Position numbers and translations under genes: made by a program. DNA of 64,000 nucleotides, from contig JAIPJS010000005.1 in the NCBI GenBank assembly GCA_021734025.1, positions 2,112-66,111 on the forward strand, in the 5' to 3' direction. Below the pieces are notes generated by a model, which ran no database searches, had not been told where the DNA came from, and was given only the letters and a program-made list of their open reading frames with translations. Positions 1 to 8,166 of the stretch are shown here, in pieces. Within the stretch, counting starts at the first letter, position 1; each line of letters begins with the position of its first letter. The DNA is from Fidelibacterota bacterium (GTDB taxonomy: Bacteria; Fidelibacterota; JAANXI01).

Positions 1-664
1 CGTCCATCGCGCCCTGACCTGTTCCCTGGAATGAGGCGGTCATCATACTGAGCATATCGCCGCGGGACCGGTCAAAATGGGAAGCGACCTTAACGACCTG
101 TCGTGCATTTTCCAGAAGTTCCGGCGAAATGCCGTCCTCAAGAATGACGCTGATATTGAGCCGTTTGATACGTGGCAAACCCATACTGGATTGTTCCACG
201 GAATGGCTTACCACTTCGGCATTCATTTCCTGACGCGCCGCTGTATCCTGGGTACCTTCTACCTGCTGCGGTGCACGTTGCCCCTCAAATTCCACATCAC
301 TGGGAATACCGGGAAGTATCATCCCGCCGCCCGCGGAACCTGACTGGTCAGTGCTTTCGTTCGCCGTCCCCGGAAGGGCTCCACTTTGGGTTCCGGCACC
401 AGATCCATCTTTGGGACGGTAGACAGTTTCCGTTCGCTGCGACGGCTGGAACTCGATTTCCGCCTGCACATCCACAACGAATTTTTCGTCCTCAAGGACT
501 TTACTCAGTCCCTCGGATATGCGCTCCCGCAACGTATTTTCCAGCATCACTTTTTGCGCAAGCGAGGAGTTACTCTCCTGCGCCAGCAAACCGTTGGAGA
601 ACAGGCATCCAACAGCGAAACCTGTTAACAGCAGAACCAAGCTCTTGAAACCTGAGCGATTCAT
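1..664 (-). CDS. FliF C-terminal ring (RBM3)-like exported protein, partial (runs off the left edge; absent from the ORF track)
   Basis: Manual translation from ATG at 664, with RBS AAGGAG at 671-676; open to position 2. Signal peptide MNRSGFKSLVLLLTGFAVGCLFSNGLLA, then ENTLRERISEGLSKVLEDEKFVVDVQAEIEF and RIKRLNISVILED...VVKVASHFDRSRGDMLSMMTASF, which match the two halves of the FliF/YscJ C-terminal ring motif. Confidence 0.8.
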   Translation of the reverse strand, partial: MNRSGFKSLVLLLTGFAVGCLFSNGLLAQESNSSLAQKVMLENTLRERISEGLSKVLEDEKFVVDVQAEIEFQPSQRTETVYRPKDGSGAGTQSGALPGTANESTDQSGSAGGGMILPGIPSDVEFEGQRAPQQVEGTQDTAARQEMNAEVVSHSVEQSSMGLPRIKRLNISVILEDGISPELLENARQVVKVASHFDRSRGDMLSMMTASFQGTGQGAMD

Positions 665-678
665 TGTTGACTCCTTTA

Positions 679-1356
679 TTACAAACTCTCAGTTAAAAAT
701 TGAATTTCAACCCGGCGATTCTTCGCCTTGTTTTCCGGGGTGGTATTCGGTACCAGTGGTTCAGTGTCGCCCTTGCCAATGGCGATTAGACGGTTGGGTT
801 GAACACCCTCATCAATAAAAAAACGTGCCACAGCAGATGACCGGGAGGCGGATAACTCCCAGTTCGACGGAAACTGCGCCGTCCGGATGGGATCGGAATC
901 CGTATGTCCGATAATCGCCACCGGAAATACGCTGTTTTTGATAGTGGGTACCAATTTTCGCAGAAAGGGCTGTAACTGCTCGGTCATATCCGCCTGTCCC
1001 GTCGAAAAGGTTAGTTCACTGGGAATGTTCATCTTGACGCCGAAACGACCGCTTTCAACGTTCACCACATCCTGCAAATTTTCCTCCTGTACGATCTCTT
1101 TCATCGACTCGTACAAATCTGCCAAACTTGTCCGTTGTGATTGTTTTTTCGATGCACCCTGCAGACCACCAACGCCTTCGGCAAATTGTTCGAGTTTTAC
1201 CGGATCGATGGATGACATAGCGAACAGGAGCACAAAGAAGGTCATCAGCAGGGTCATCATATCGCCGTAGGTCAGCAACCACGGCTCAGCATCACCGGAA
1301 TCCTCCTCATCATCGAGGCCCTGGAGGTTATAATTTTTGTATTGTGATTCGTCCAT
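679..1356 (-). CDS. motB: Stator B subunit (MotB/PomB family) with OmpA-like peptidoglycan-binding domain
   Basis: TM motif WLLTYGDMMTLLMTFFVLLFAMS with the conserved Asp; GHTD, NWELSASR and NRRVEI OmpA_C motifs. Confidence 0.95.
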   Translation of the reverse strand: MDESQYKNYNLQGLDDEEDSGDAEPWLLTYGDMMTLLMTFFVLLFAMSSIDPVKLEQFAEGVGGLQGASKKQSQRTSLADLYESMKEIVQEENLQDVVNVESGRFGVKMNIPSELTFSTGQADMTEQLQPFLRKLVPTIKNSVFPVAIIGHTDSDPIRTAQFPSNWELSASRSSAVARFFIDEGVQPNRLIAIGKGDTEPLVPNTTPENKAKNRRVEIQFLTESL

Positions 1357-1366
1357 GGATCATTCG

Positions 1367-2164
1367 TCAGTTATTCTCTTCGCCAGGCTTTTTCCATTCC
1401 CGTGGGGGAATGAATGAATTGAGTTTTTCCCGTACAATCAAAGGATGCTTGCGATGCAAAACCTGCACGGTCCCCTCAATCAACATTTGCTGGAGCGTAT
1501 TTTCCTTCCGGATGCGGCTCTCAAATTTCTCTGCCATAGGATTAAAGAACAGGTTCGCCAGCAGCACCCCGTAAAAGGTCGTAATCAAGGCCGCGCCCAT
1601 TCCCACACCGAGCTGGGCTGCGGCATCTGCCGTTGCTCCTTCGCCCATGGAATAGAGCATGACCACCAGCCCGATGAGCGTACCAATCATCCCAAAGGCC
1701 GGCGAAAATTTACCCATGGTTTTTAGTACATTCGCCTCGCCCCGTTCGCGCTTGGCCCGGTTTTCGATCCGGGTCATCATAATATCCCGGAGTTCCGGCT
1801 CATTGTAGCCATCGACCACCATCTGTATGCCATCCCGCAGGAACGGGTGGGAAACATCGGAGACGGAATTTTCCAGTTCTTTCATACTCTTACGCGAGGT
1901 ATCCGCCAAATCCACAATCTCATCGATGAAGGGAGACATGCTGTCCCGCTCCTTTTTGAAGACCACGCCCATAATCCGGAAGATGCGAAACACCTCCTTC
2001 AGCGGGAAGGAAAGCAATGTGGCAGCGAGGGTGCCGCCGAGCACGATAGCCAGACTGGGGATGCTGAGGAACATATTGACCGCCTGCTCCTGCGCGTAGC
2101 TCCACATGGCCCAGCCGATGAGACCTAAACCCGAAAGTATCCCTAAGAGAGTTGCAAAATCCAT
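1367..2164 (-). CDS. motA: Stator A subunit (MotA/PomA family)
   Basis: MDFATLLG start, IVLGGT, PAFGMIGTLIGLVVML and ALITTFYG motifs; adjacent to motB. Confidence 0.95.
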   Translation of the reverse strand: MDFATLLGILSGLGLIGWAMWSYAQEQAVNMFLSIPSLAIVLGGTLAATLLSFPLKEVFRIFRIMGVVFKKERDSMSPFIDEIVDLADTSRKSMKELENSVSDVSHPFLRDGIQMVVDGYNEPELRDIMMTRIENRAKRERGEANVLKTMGKFSPAFGMIGTLIGLVVMLYSMGEGATADAAAQLGVGMGAALITTFYGVLLANLFFNPMAEKFESRIRKENTLQQMLIEGTVQVLHRKHPLIVREKLNSFIPPREWKKPGEENN

Positions 2165-2173
2165 AAGACTCTA

Positions 2174-3511
2174 TCAGTTTCTGTTTATAGTTGAAGTCGT
2201 CTGCAGTCGGTTTTCGTTCAGCGCCCGGAGGATATTGCGCACATCGTCGTACTCCGGATCGATCTGTAAAGCTAAATTCCAGTTGATGGTCGCTCTGTCC
2301 ACATCGCCGAGTTTGTAGTAGATGGATCCCCGGCGAGCGTACGCCAGCGCCAAATTATCGTTCAGTTCGATGGCGATATCCACTTCCTGCAAGGCTTCCT
2401 TATAATTACCCGCATAGAAGTAGCGCAGGGATCGGGACAGGTGCTTCAACGCCAGGTTAATATTCTGTTCAGTTACGTGTTTCTGGAGTTTCACCCGCTG
2501 GACTGAATCCTTCAGCACCGACGTTTGCTGCTGCAGCATGGCCACTTCGTTTTGGAGGCGATCGATTTCCGCCAGGGTAATTTTCACGGAATCTTCCAAT
2601 GTCTGGATCCGCCTGTTTTTCACCCGGAGGATGGAATCAATCTTGGCTTCGTAGTGTTCCTGCATCGCCACCAGGTCTTTATCCGTCCCCAAAACCCCGC
2701 GCGGCGCCCTTTTGCCGAAATCCGTATATCTGGGTATCGTCATTTCCATGCCTAGTATGATACCGGGCCGCCTTGATACATTGGTACCGAGCTTCGGCAA
2801 ATTGTCGATCCGCTGCACGCCAAAATTGATGTTATAATTCTCGGTAAACGGTATCTTCACACCAACGTTTAACCCCTGACCGTCATACTCTCCAATGAAA
2901 TCCACGCCACCGTGATGCTGCAGGGTCTCTGTCGTCATCCGAAATCCCGCAAATACCCCCGCCGTACTAATGGAGGTCTCTCCTCCACCGGTGAAACTAC
3001 TGGCCAGCAGACCAGTGCCAAATCCCATGTACGTATTCAGCACAAAATCGTCCATCTGCTTTTCATTTGCGATCACGGCGAACATGGACACGTTATTTTC
3101 CTGAAGCGTCAATTGATCGTTGGCAACATCGTTTTGGAACATCACGTTGTAGAGGCCGGCGCTCACTGATATTTCCTCGTAGGAAAATATCCGTTTCTTC
3201 AAGTGCAAACCGTACAGGACTGGCAGGGTATCATCTGCCCCCTTGATTGCGGAAAAGCCCAAACTCAGTGCATTAGCAAATTCCGTATCAAAATATAATC
3301 CCTTGCCGGACGCAAAATCCGGTGCAAATTTGTAGACCGATCCCACAAAACCCGCCCGGAACATATACGGCGCCCGGTGCTGAGACGATGTGGGAATATT
3401 CATGGTCATATCCGGCTTAGTAAACGGGATAGTCGTCTGCGCCGTTGTTGCACTTGCCGCAAACAACCCCAATATACATCCCAGTGATATGATTCGTTGT
3501 ACGCTCTTCAT
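2174..3511 (-). CDS. Exported protein: beta-strand-rich (probable OM barrel, YjbH-like) N-terminal region, coiled coil and C-terminal TPRs
   Basis: Start reassigned to MKSVQRII (3511), which gives a signal peptide. Amphipathic strands include FIGEYDGQGLNVGVKIPF; heptad segment; TPR ALAYARRGSIYYKLG. Confidence 0.75.
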   Translation of the reverse strand: MKSVQRIISLGCILGLFAASATTAQTTIPFTKPDMTMNIPTSSQHRAPYMFRAGFVGSVYKFAPDFASGKGLYFDTEFANALSLGFSAIKGADDTLPVLYGLHLKKRIFSYEEISVSAGLYNVMFQNDVANDQLTLQENNVSMFAVIANEKQMDDFVLNTYMGFGTGLLASSFTGGGETSISTAGVFAGFRMTTETLQHHGGVDFIGEYDGQGLNVGVKIPFTENYNINFGVQRIDNLPKLGTNVSRRPGIILGMEMTIPRYTDFGKRAPRGVLGTDKDLVAMQEHYEAKIDSILRVKNRRIQTLEDSVKITLAEIDRLQNEVAMLQQQTSVLKDSVQRVKLQKHVTEQNINLALKHLSRSLRYFYAGNYKEALQEVDIAIELNDNLALAYARRGSIYYKLGDVDRATINWNLALQIDPEYDDVRNILRALNENRLQTTSTINRN

Positions 3512-3527
3512 TATTAGTCGTCTGGCC

Positions 3528-4541
3528 TCAGGAGGTAACATACCGCAACCGCCGTACCTCGCTCCGGGCAATTCTTGCATACTCGCTGTCCGGATAGTTT
3601 TGAACGACCCGCTCAAACGTGCCGAGAGCCTGTTCTAGTTGACCAAGTCGTTTTTGGGATAATCCGGTAATGACCAGCGCATCGATGCGATGTTTTGTTG
3701 CCTTGAATGCGTTAATGTATTGATCCATTTCTTGAATTGCTTGCGAAAAATTTCCCAGTTGATAATAGCATTCACCCATCCAGTATTGGGCTGTGGCTGC
3801 CAGTTCCCTGTCTTCCGATTGGTCCACGACCTGCCGGAACTTCTTCAGTGCTTCCGCAAAGTTACTGCCATAATACTGCCGGACTCCCAGCAGATACTGG
3901 CGCTCCAAATGTGGCTGCGCCGGCGGAGTCTTTGGCGGTTTCGGTTCATCCGGTCGGAGCGAAGCCGGTGTTGAACTCTTTTCCTCCTGCTTAGATACAT
4001 TCGCCTGCTGCGTCCGTTGGAATTCCTGCTCAAGATATTCGATTTTTCTGGTGAGCTGCAGATTTTGATCCCGCAAATCCGCAATCTGCTCCTGATACTT
4101 GACTCGCAATGCGTTCATTCGCTCCTGCAACTCAGCCAACGTTATCAGGCTGTCCGATGATTGGCCTCCGGCCAAAGTTGGTTGCGCTTGTTGGATTGTC
4201 GTATCAGCGGCCTGCGCGGCGGAATCCAGAGCGGCTTCGTCCGCTTGCATTATGGAATCGATGCGGGCTCTGGCACGAGCCTGTTCTTGTTGCGCAATGT
4301 TCCGGGCGCTTTTGTTGGCCATCTGCTCCAGCTGTCTGGCGGCGGAATCTTTTTCTGCCTCAGTCGGTTCGACCTGGATACCAAGATCATACATCCGGAA
4401 TTTGTTTTCCACGGCTGCGGAATCCGGCGACACGGTCGCAGATTCCGTCTCCGGTGCGGCTAATCCCGATTCCTGGGCAAATCCTGTAATCGCCGGGAAT
4501 ATACATCCCAACAACAGGAGGACCGACAGCTTATTGCGCAT
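3528..4541 (-). CDS. Periplasmic coiled-coil + TPR protein (CpoB/YbgF-like)
   Basis: Sec signal, coiled coil, TPRs with AQYWMGECYYQLG and VVQNYPDS. Confidence 0.8.
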   Translation of the reverse strand: MRNKLSVLLLLGCIFPAITGFAQESGLAAPETESATVSPDSAAVENKFRMYDLGIQVEPTEAEKDSAARQLEQMANKSARNIAQQEQARARARIDSIMQADEAALDSAAQAADTTIQQAQPTLAGGQSSDSLITLAELQERMNALRVKYQEQIADLRDQNLQLTRKIEYLEQEFQRTQQANVSKQEEKSSTPASLRPDEPKPPKTPPAQPHLERQYLLGVRQYYGSNFAEALKKFRQVVDQSEDRELAATAQYWMGECYYQLGNFSQAIQEMDQYINAFKATKHRIDALVITGLSQKRLGQLEQALGTFERVVQNYPDSEYARIARSEVRRLRYVTS

Positions 4542-5403
4542 TATTATAGTTGGGTACCTCCATGTATTCTGTCACCCGGGGTAACAGATCGCTCTTTGGA
4601 TAATCCTTTTTCAACGATTCAAACGCTTCCCTGGCTGCCATCTTGTTATCCAGTTTCAGGTAACAGAGAGCCCGTTTAAATTGCGCATGATCACCTTTAT
4701 TGGTTGCAGGGAAGTTCAACACCCGTTCGAACTCCTCGGCGGCTTTCTTGTAATCCTCCATAGAATAATAGCTTTCGGCGATCCAGTACTGGGCGTTATC
4801 AGCGTAATCATTGTGTTTATCAATAATAAGGAGCGTCTGGAATTCGGCAATAGCCCGGTAGTAATTCGCCCGGAAATATTCGTTCAGCGCCTTGTTATAG
4901 CGCTCCCGGTACTCGTCCTTACTGATGGGATCCAGCATGCCGGAAAGGTCTTCCGACTTCGTATAGAGGGAGTCCGAGTGCTTGATTTCAGCTGCTATGG
5001 CTTTGTTCTCCGCCGACTGAAGATTCCGGGTAATGAGCAATTCGCGATACGTATCCGACAGACTGTCGATTTCCACGCCGCCGTCATCGCCCGTGATGAT
5101 TCCGCTGCTGCTCCGATATCGCTGCCGCAACCGATGCTGCAGCGTTTGATTTTCCTCTTTCAGTCGGACAATTTCGTTCTTCAGATTGGAGACTTCATCG
5201 TGCAGGTTTTCAATTTGAGATTCCATTTCGAGTACATCCATCCTTTTTTGTTCCAGAAGTTCCTGCTTGCTGAGCTGGGAAGTATCCGACACCGCTGATT
5301 CCGAATGGGGTTCATCACCGGACACCTGCCGGGCACTGCTGCATCCGAGCAGTAGTAAAAGCGAGATTCCCACCGAGAAAAATAATAGAAACCGCTTATT
5401 CAT
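4531..5403 (-). CDS. Lipoprotein, coiled coil + TPR (CpoB/YbgF-like)
   Basis: Start reassigned to MNKRF (5403). Lipobox LLGC; YADNAQYWIAESYY; LKKDYPKS. Confidence 0.8.
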   Translation of the reverse strand: MNKRFLLFFSVGISLLLLLGCSSARQVSGDEPHSESAVSDTSQLSKQELLEQKRMDVLEMESQIENLHDEVSNLKNEIVRLKEENQTLQHRLRQRYRSSSGIITGDDGGVEIDSLSDTYRELLITRNLQSAENKAIAAEIKHSDSLYTKSEDLSGMLDPISKDEYRERYNKALNEYFRANYYRAIAEFQTLLIIDKHNDYADNAQYWIAESYYSMEDYKKAAEEFERVLNFPATNKGDHAQFKRALCYLKLDNKMAAREAFESLKKDYPKSDLLPRVTEYMEVPNYNNAQ

Positions 5404-6364
5404 ATTCTTCCCAATCGATGGAGTAAGAGTATCCAATGTAATTGCCAAACGACTTAGGCACATAGAGCTCAAACGTCCCCGAAGCCTCCGGCGGTAAGGC
5501 GGCATCGCTCTCAACGCCGGACTGATACTCGTATTGGATGCCGTCCACAAAGGCGGTCATCGTTTTGTTGTCGCCGCTCCAATTTCTCCGAAACTGGAAA
5601 TGCACTTTTACAAAATCGGCGCGCCGTTGACCGGTGTTCTTAATGGTGCCAGAGAAAATATGGTTCCCGGAAGCGTCGGTGCGTTCTTTGATGCTGCCAA
5701 CCAAAACGCAATTCGCGCTCTGATCCAGTCCCTGCGGAGCCGGCTCCTGGCTCCCGGTCATGGATTTCAATGGCTTGGTCGTTGAACTTTCACTTTTTTC
5801 GGCGGCAGGTTGAGGGGCCGGCTTTGGGGATTCTCCGCCTTTAGTCGAAGTCGTTTCCTGTTCCTGGAACACGGTTGCCTCGTTATCCACAATACGTTTT
5901 ACGGCCGATCGTTCCAGCGATAGATAGCCAATTAACGTCTCTACCTTAATGACCCGCTCATCCTGGGCAACGATCTTTCCAAAGACGGAAGTCCCGTTGT
6001 TCAGAATTATTTCCTTATCATAGACAGAGAGCGGATTCAGCCAGATAGAGGCTTTCGCCTGCAGTTCATCCAGTTGATTCTTCACGTAATCCACCTCAGC
6101 CCGCTGCTTCTTCAGCTGGAAGTTCAGCTCGTCGACCCGCATTTCCAGATCACTCCGGGAAGCCGCCGAACTAGCTGCCGTTCGCCCGGAAGTATTCTGT
6201 GCAGACGATGCGGTATCCGACGCAGTCTGCCCGGATTGGGAGGTTTGTGTTCTTTCCGCTGCCGGTGTGGACGTCTGTGCATCGGGATGATCCCTGAGCG
6301 TAAACAGACTACAGCTCGTCAGGAATACTGCTCCCAACAGCACGTTCGGAAGCCATCGGATCAT
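5396..6364 (-). CDS. Lipoprotein with coiled coil and C-terminal FxLYD-like Ig domain
   Basis: Start reassigned to MIRWLP (6364). Lipobox LTSC; C-terminal SGTIKNTG...FVKVHFQF...LPPEASGTF pattern. Confidence 0.7.
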   Translation of the reverse strand: MIRWLPNVLLGAVFLTSCSLFTLRDHPDAQTSTPAAERTQTSQSGQTASDTASSAQNTSGRTAASSAASRSDLEMRVDELNFQLKKQRAEVDYVKNQLDELQAKASIWLNPLSVYDKEIILNNGTSVFGKIVAQDERVIKVETLIGYLSLERSAVKRIVDNEATVFQEQETTSTKGGESPKPAPQPAAEKSESSTTKPLKSMTGSQEPAPQGLDQSANCVLVGSIKERTDASGNHIFSGTIKNTGQRRADFVKVHFQFRRNWSGDNKTMTAFVDGIQYEYQSGVESDAALPPEASGTFELYVPKSFGNYIGYSYSIDWEEYE

Positions 6365-6466
6365 AGATTTAATCCTTATACATGGTTGAGGCGATTCCAA
6401 AATTTGTGGCGTACGAGGCGTCCGAATCTGCAGAACGCAAATCCGGAAATTTGTTATGCTTGCGAA

Positions 6467-6495
6467 AATATAGTCTCCCCCCAGGGGCAAGTCAA
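6467..6495 (-). promoter_or_regulatory. Sigma70-type promoter for the motor-like operon
   Basis: On the minus strand, TTGACT-17 nt-TATATT about 100 nt upstream of the 6364 start. Confidence 0.6.
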
Positions 6496-6614
6496 GCGGG
6501 AATTCAATAATTTTAGCAGGTTACCCGAATGACTTTAAAATTTAGTTTAAGTGATTACAGGAGGATTTACAGGTAAGATTTGCGGTGAACTCGGGGGTTA
6601 GTCAGCAGGATGAA

Positions 6615-6824
6615 ATGAGTTTTTTTGCGGAGTACGCATTGCGTGACAATTTTCGCGCAATCGAAAAACCAGTCATTCTGGCTAAGCGCAGCGAGATGTC
6701 CCGGCAAGGGCTTCAATGGAGGAGAAATCTCGTAAAGAAACTTCTGCAGAAATTGGCGGAGGTCAGGATAATCTACAACAAAACCGTCGGCGCCCCTGGG
6801 AGGGAGCACCGACGGATGAATTAA
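6615..6824 (+). CDS. Small basic hypothetical protein
   Basis: ATG preceded by AGGA; fills the gap between neighbouring genes; no recognised motif. Confidence 0.35.
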   Translation: MSFFAEYALRDNFRAIEKPVILAKRSEMSRQGLQWRRNLVKKLLQKLAEVRIIYNKTVGAPGREHRRMN

Positions 6825-6844
6825 AGATCACATTTTGGGTAGAT

Positions 6845-7999
6845 TTACCCCGTCTTCTGGATGGGATACCGGAGGATGGCGCCGACGTTGTCCAGGTGGC
6901 CCATGTCACCGGCAATCATCTCAATCGACGCCCCCTGTTTCAGTACATTGAAAATCAGGTTATCGATGAGATCCGGAGTCCGCCGTAATTCCGATCCGTC
7001 CAGCGGACAGGTCTGCTCTTTCACCGAGAGGTGGTTGCATTCCGGGCAGTACCACCCTTTGGTTGAGAAGTTATCCTGAACAATGAGCGTCTCGATTTGT
7101 CCGCGCTGCTGGGCGTTGAGCGTGCCGGGAATACCGCTGATTCCCCGCTGTCCACTGCCGATTTCATCGCTGAGGCGATCCAGGAGCTTTGTCTCGTAGT
7201 CCGACCGGGTCGATTCGGCCGCCTCATTTGCCTTTTTCAGCACCTCTTCCATGGGCGCGTGTGGCTCCACAACCAGGTGGCCCTCAATGCGTTCTTTGAG
7301 ATAGGAGTGCAGCATGCCTTCGAATTCATTTATTATTTCCTGCCGGCCGCCGACGTAAATCCATTTATAGTCGTGCTGCTGATGCAGTTCCAGCGCCTTT
7401 TCCGCTACTTGCTTCAGGTGCCGGTGGACGTGTTCGTTGATATGCCGTTCAATCCGGCGCTCGCTGGTGCCGCCGAAGTCACCCTCTTTCACCTGATCCG
7501 GCATATCTTCTTCCAACACATGCAGGCGTTCAATGACTTTACCCAATTTGACCTCCAGAATGCGTGCCTTTGCGCGGTCCACGAGGATAATAGCATAATT
7601 TCGGTATTCGCTGGCCGCTTCGACAAACGGCCGGAGATACGGATGCGGATTAATGACCATCGAGGTCTCCATGGGCATATCATATTTTTGTGTTTCCCAG
7701 AGATCCTCGGCCGCACAGGAAAAAATGGCAACGCTCCGGCTGCCGCTGCCATCCTGATCATATTCCATGGAAATATAGTCCTGTATCTTTTCGAAATCCC
7801 GCTTTACGGATTCCTGGGCGCTTTCGCTGAGATTGTTAAAATATGTTTTCTCTGTTTTATATCGAAAGAGATCCTTGAGTACAATTTTATGTTGGTTGGT
7901 CTTTTTGGCTTCTTCATCGAAACTGAGGTACAGCGTGGTAATCGGAATATTCGCAGGTTGATAATTGAGGATGCCACTGAGTTGTTTTTCTGTGACCAT
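6845..7999 (-). CDS. Bacterial archaeo-eukaryotic release factor 1-like protein (baeRF / eRF1 superfamily)
   Basis: eRF1-type three-domain layout: PYLRP, ILVDRAKARI, loop GGTSERRIERH, CPEC...CPLDG zinc ribbon, C-terminal VGAILRY. Confidence 0.85.
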   Translation of the reverse strand: MVTEKQLSGILNYQPANIPITTLYLSFDEEAKKTNQHKIVLKDLFRYKTEKTYFNNLSESAQESVKRDFEKIQDYISMEYDQDGSGSRSVAIFSCAAEDLWETQKYDMPMETSMVINPHPYLRPFVEAASEYRNYAIILVDRAKARILEVKLGKVIERLHVLEEDMPDQVKEGDFGGTSERRIERHINEHVHRHLKQVAEKALELHQQHDYKWIYVGGRQEIINEFEGMLHSYLKERIEGHLVVEPHAPMEEVLKKANEAAESTRSDYETKLLDRLSDEIGSGQRGISGIPGTLNAQQRGQIETLIVQDNFSTKGWYCPECNHLSVKEQTCPLDGSELRRTPDLIDNLIFNVLKQGASIEMIAGDMGHLDNVGAILRYPIQKTG

Positions 8000-8166
8000 A
8001 GAAACCTGTCCTTTCTCGCTGTTGGATATATGGGATTAGTAAATTGAACTGCGGAACAATGAGGAATAATGAATGATGGCAATGTATCCCCGTCGTTTAA
8101 CTACTTCTGCCCACAATATAACCGGTGGGTGATACCCTGTCAAGCAGACCGGCACTGCCATAAATT

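Noticed and set aside
77..818. Plus-strand ORFs at the window start
   Set aside because: They are antisense shadows of the minus-strand FliF-like and motB genes.
679..2164. Zorya ZorAB or TolQR/ExbBD assignment for the stator pair
   Set aside because: MotA is 265 aa with no long cytoplasmic tail, MotB has flagellar-type TM and OmpA motifs, and no ZorC/D/E, TonB or TolA genes are adjacent.
7097..8047. 316-aa plus-strand ORF, and similar long antisense ORFs over the hem, ABC and TPR genes
   Set aside because: Each lies opposite a well-supported gene and has no motif of its own.
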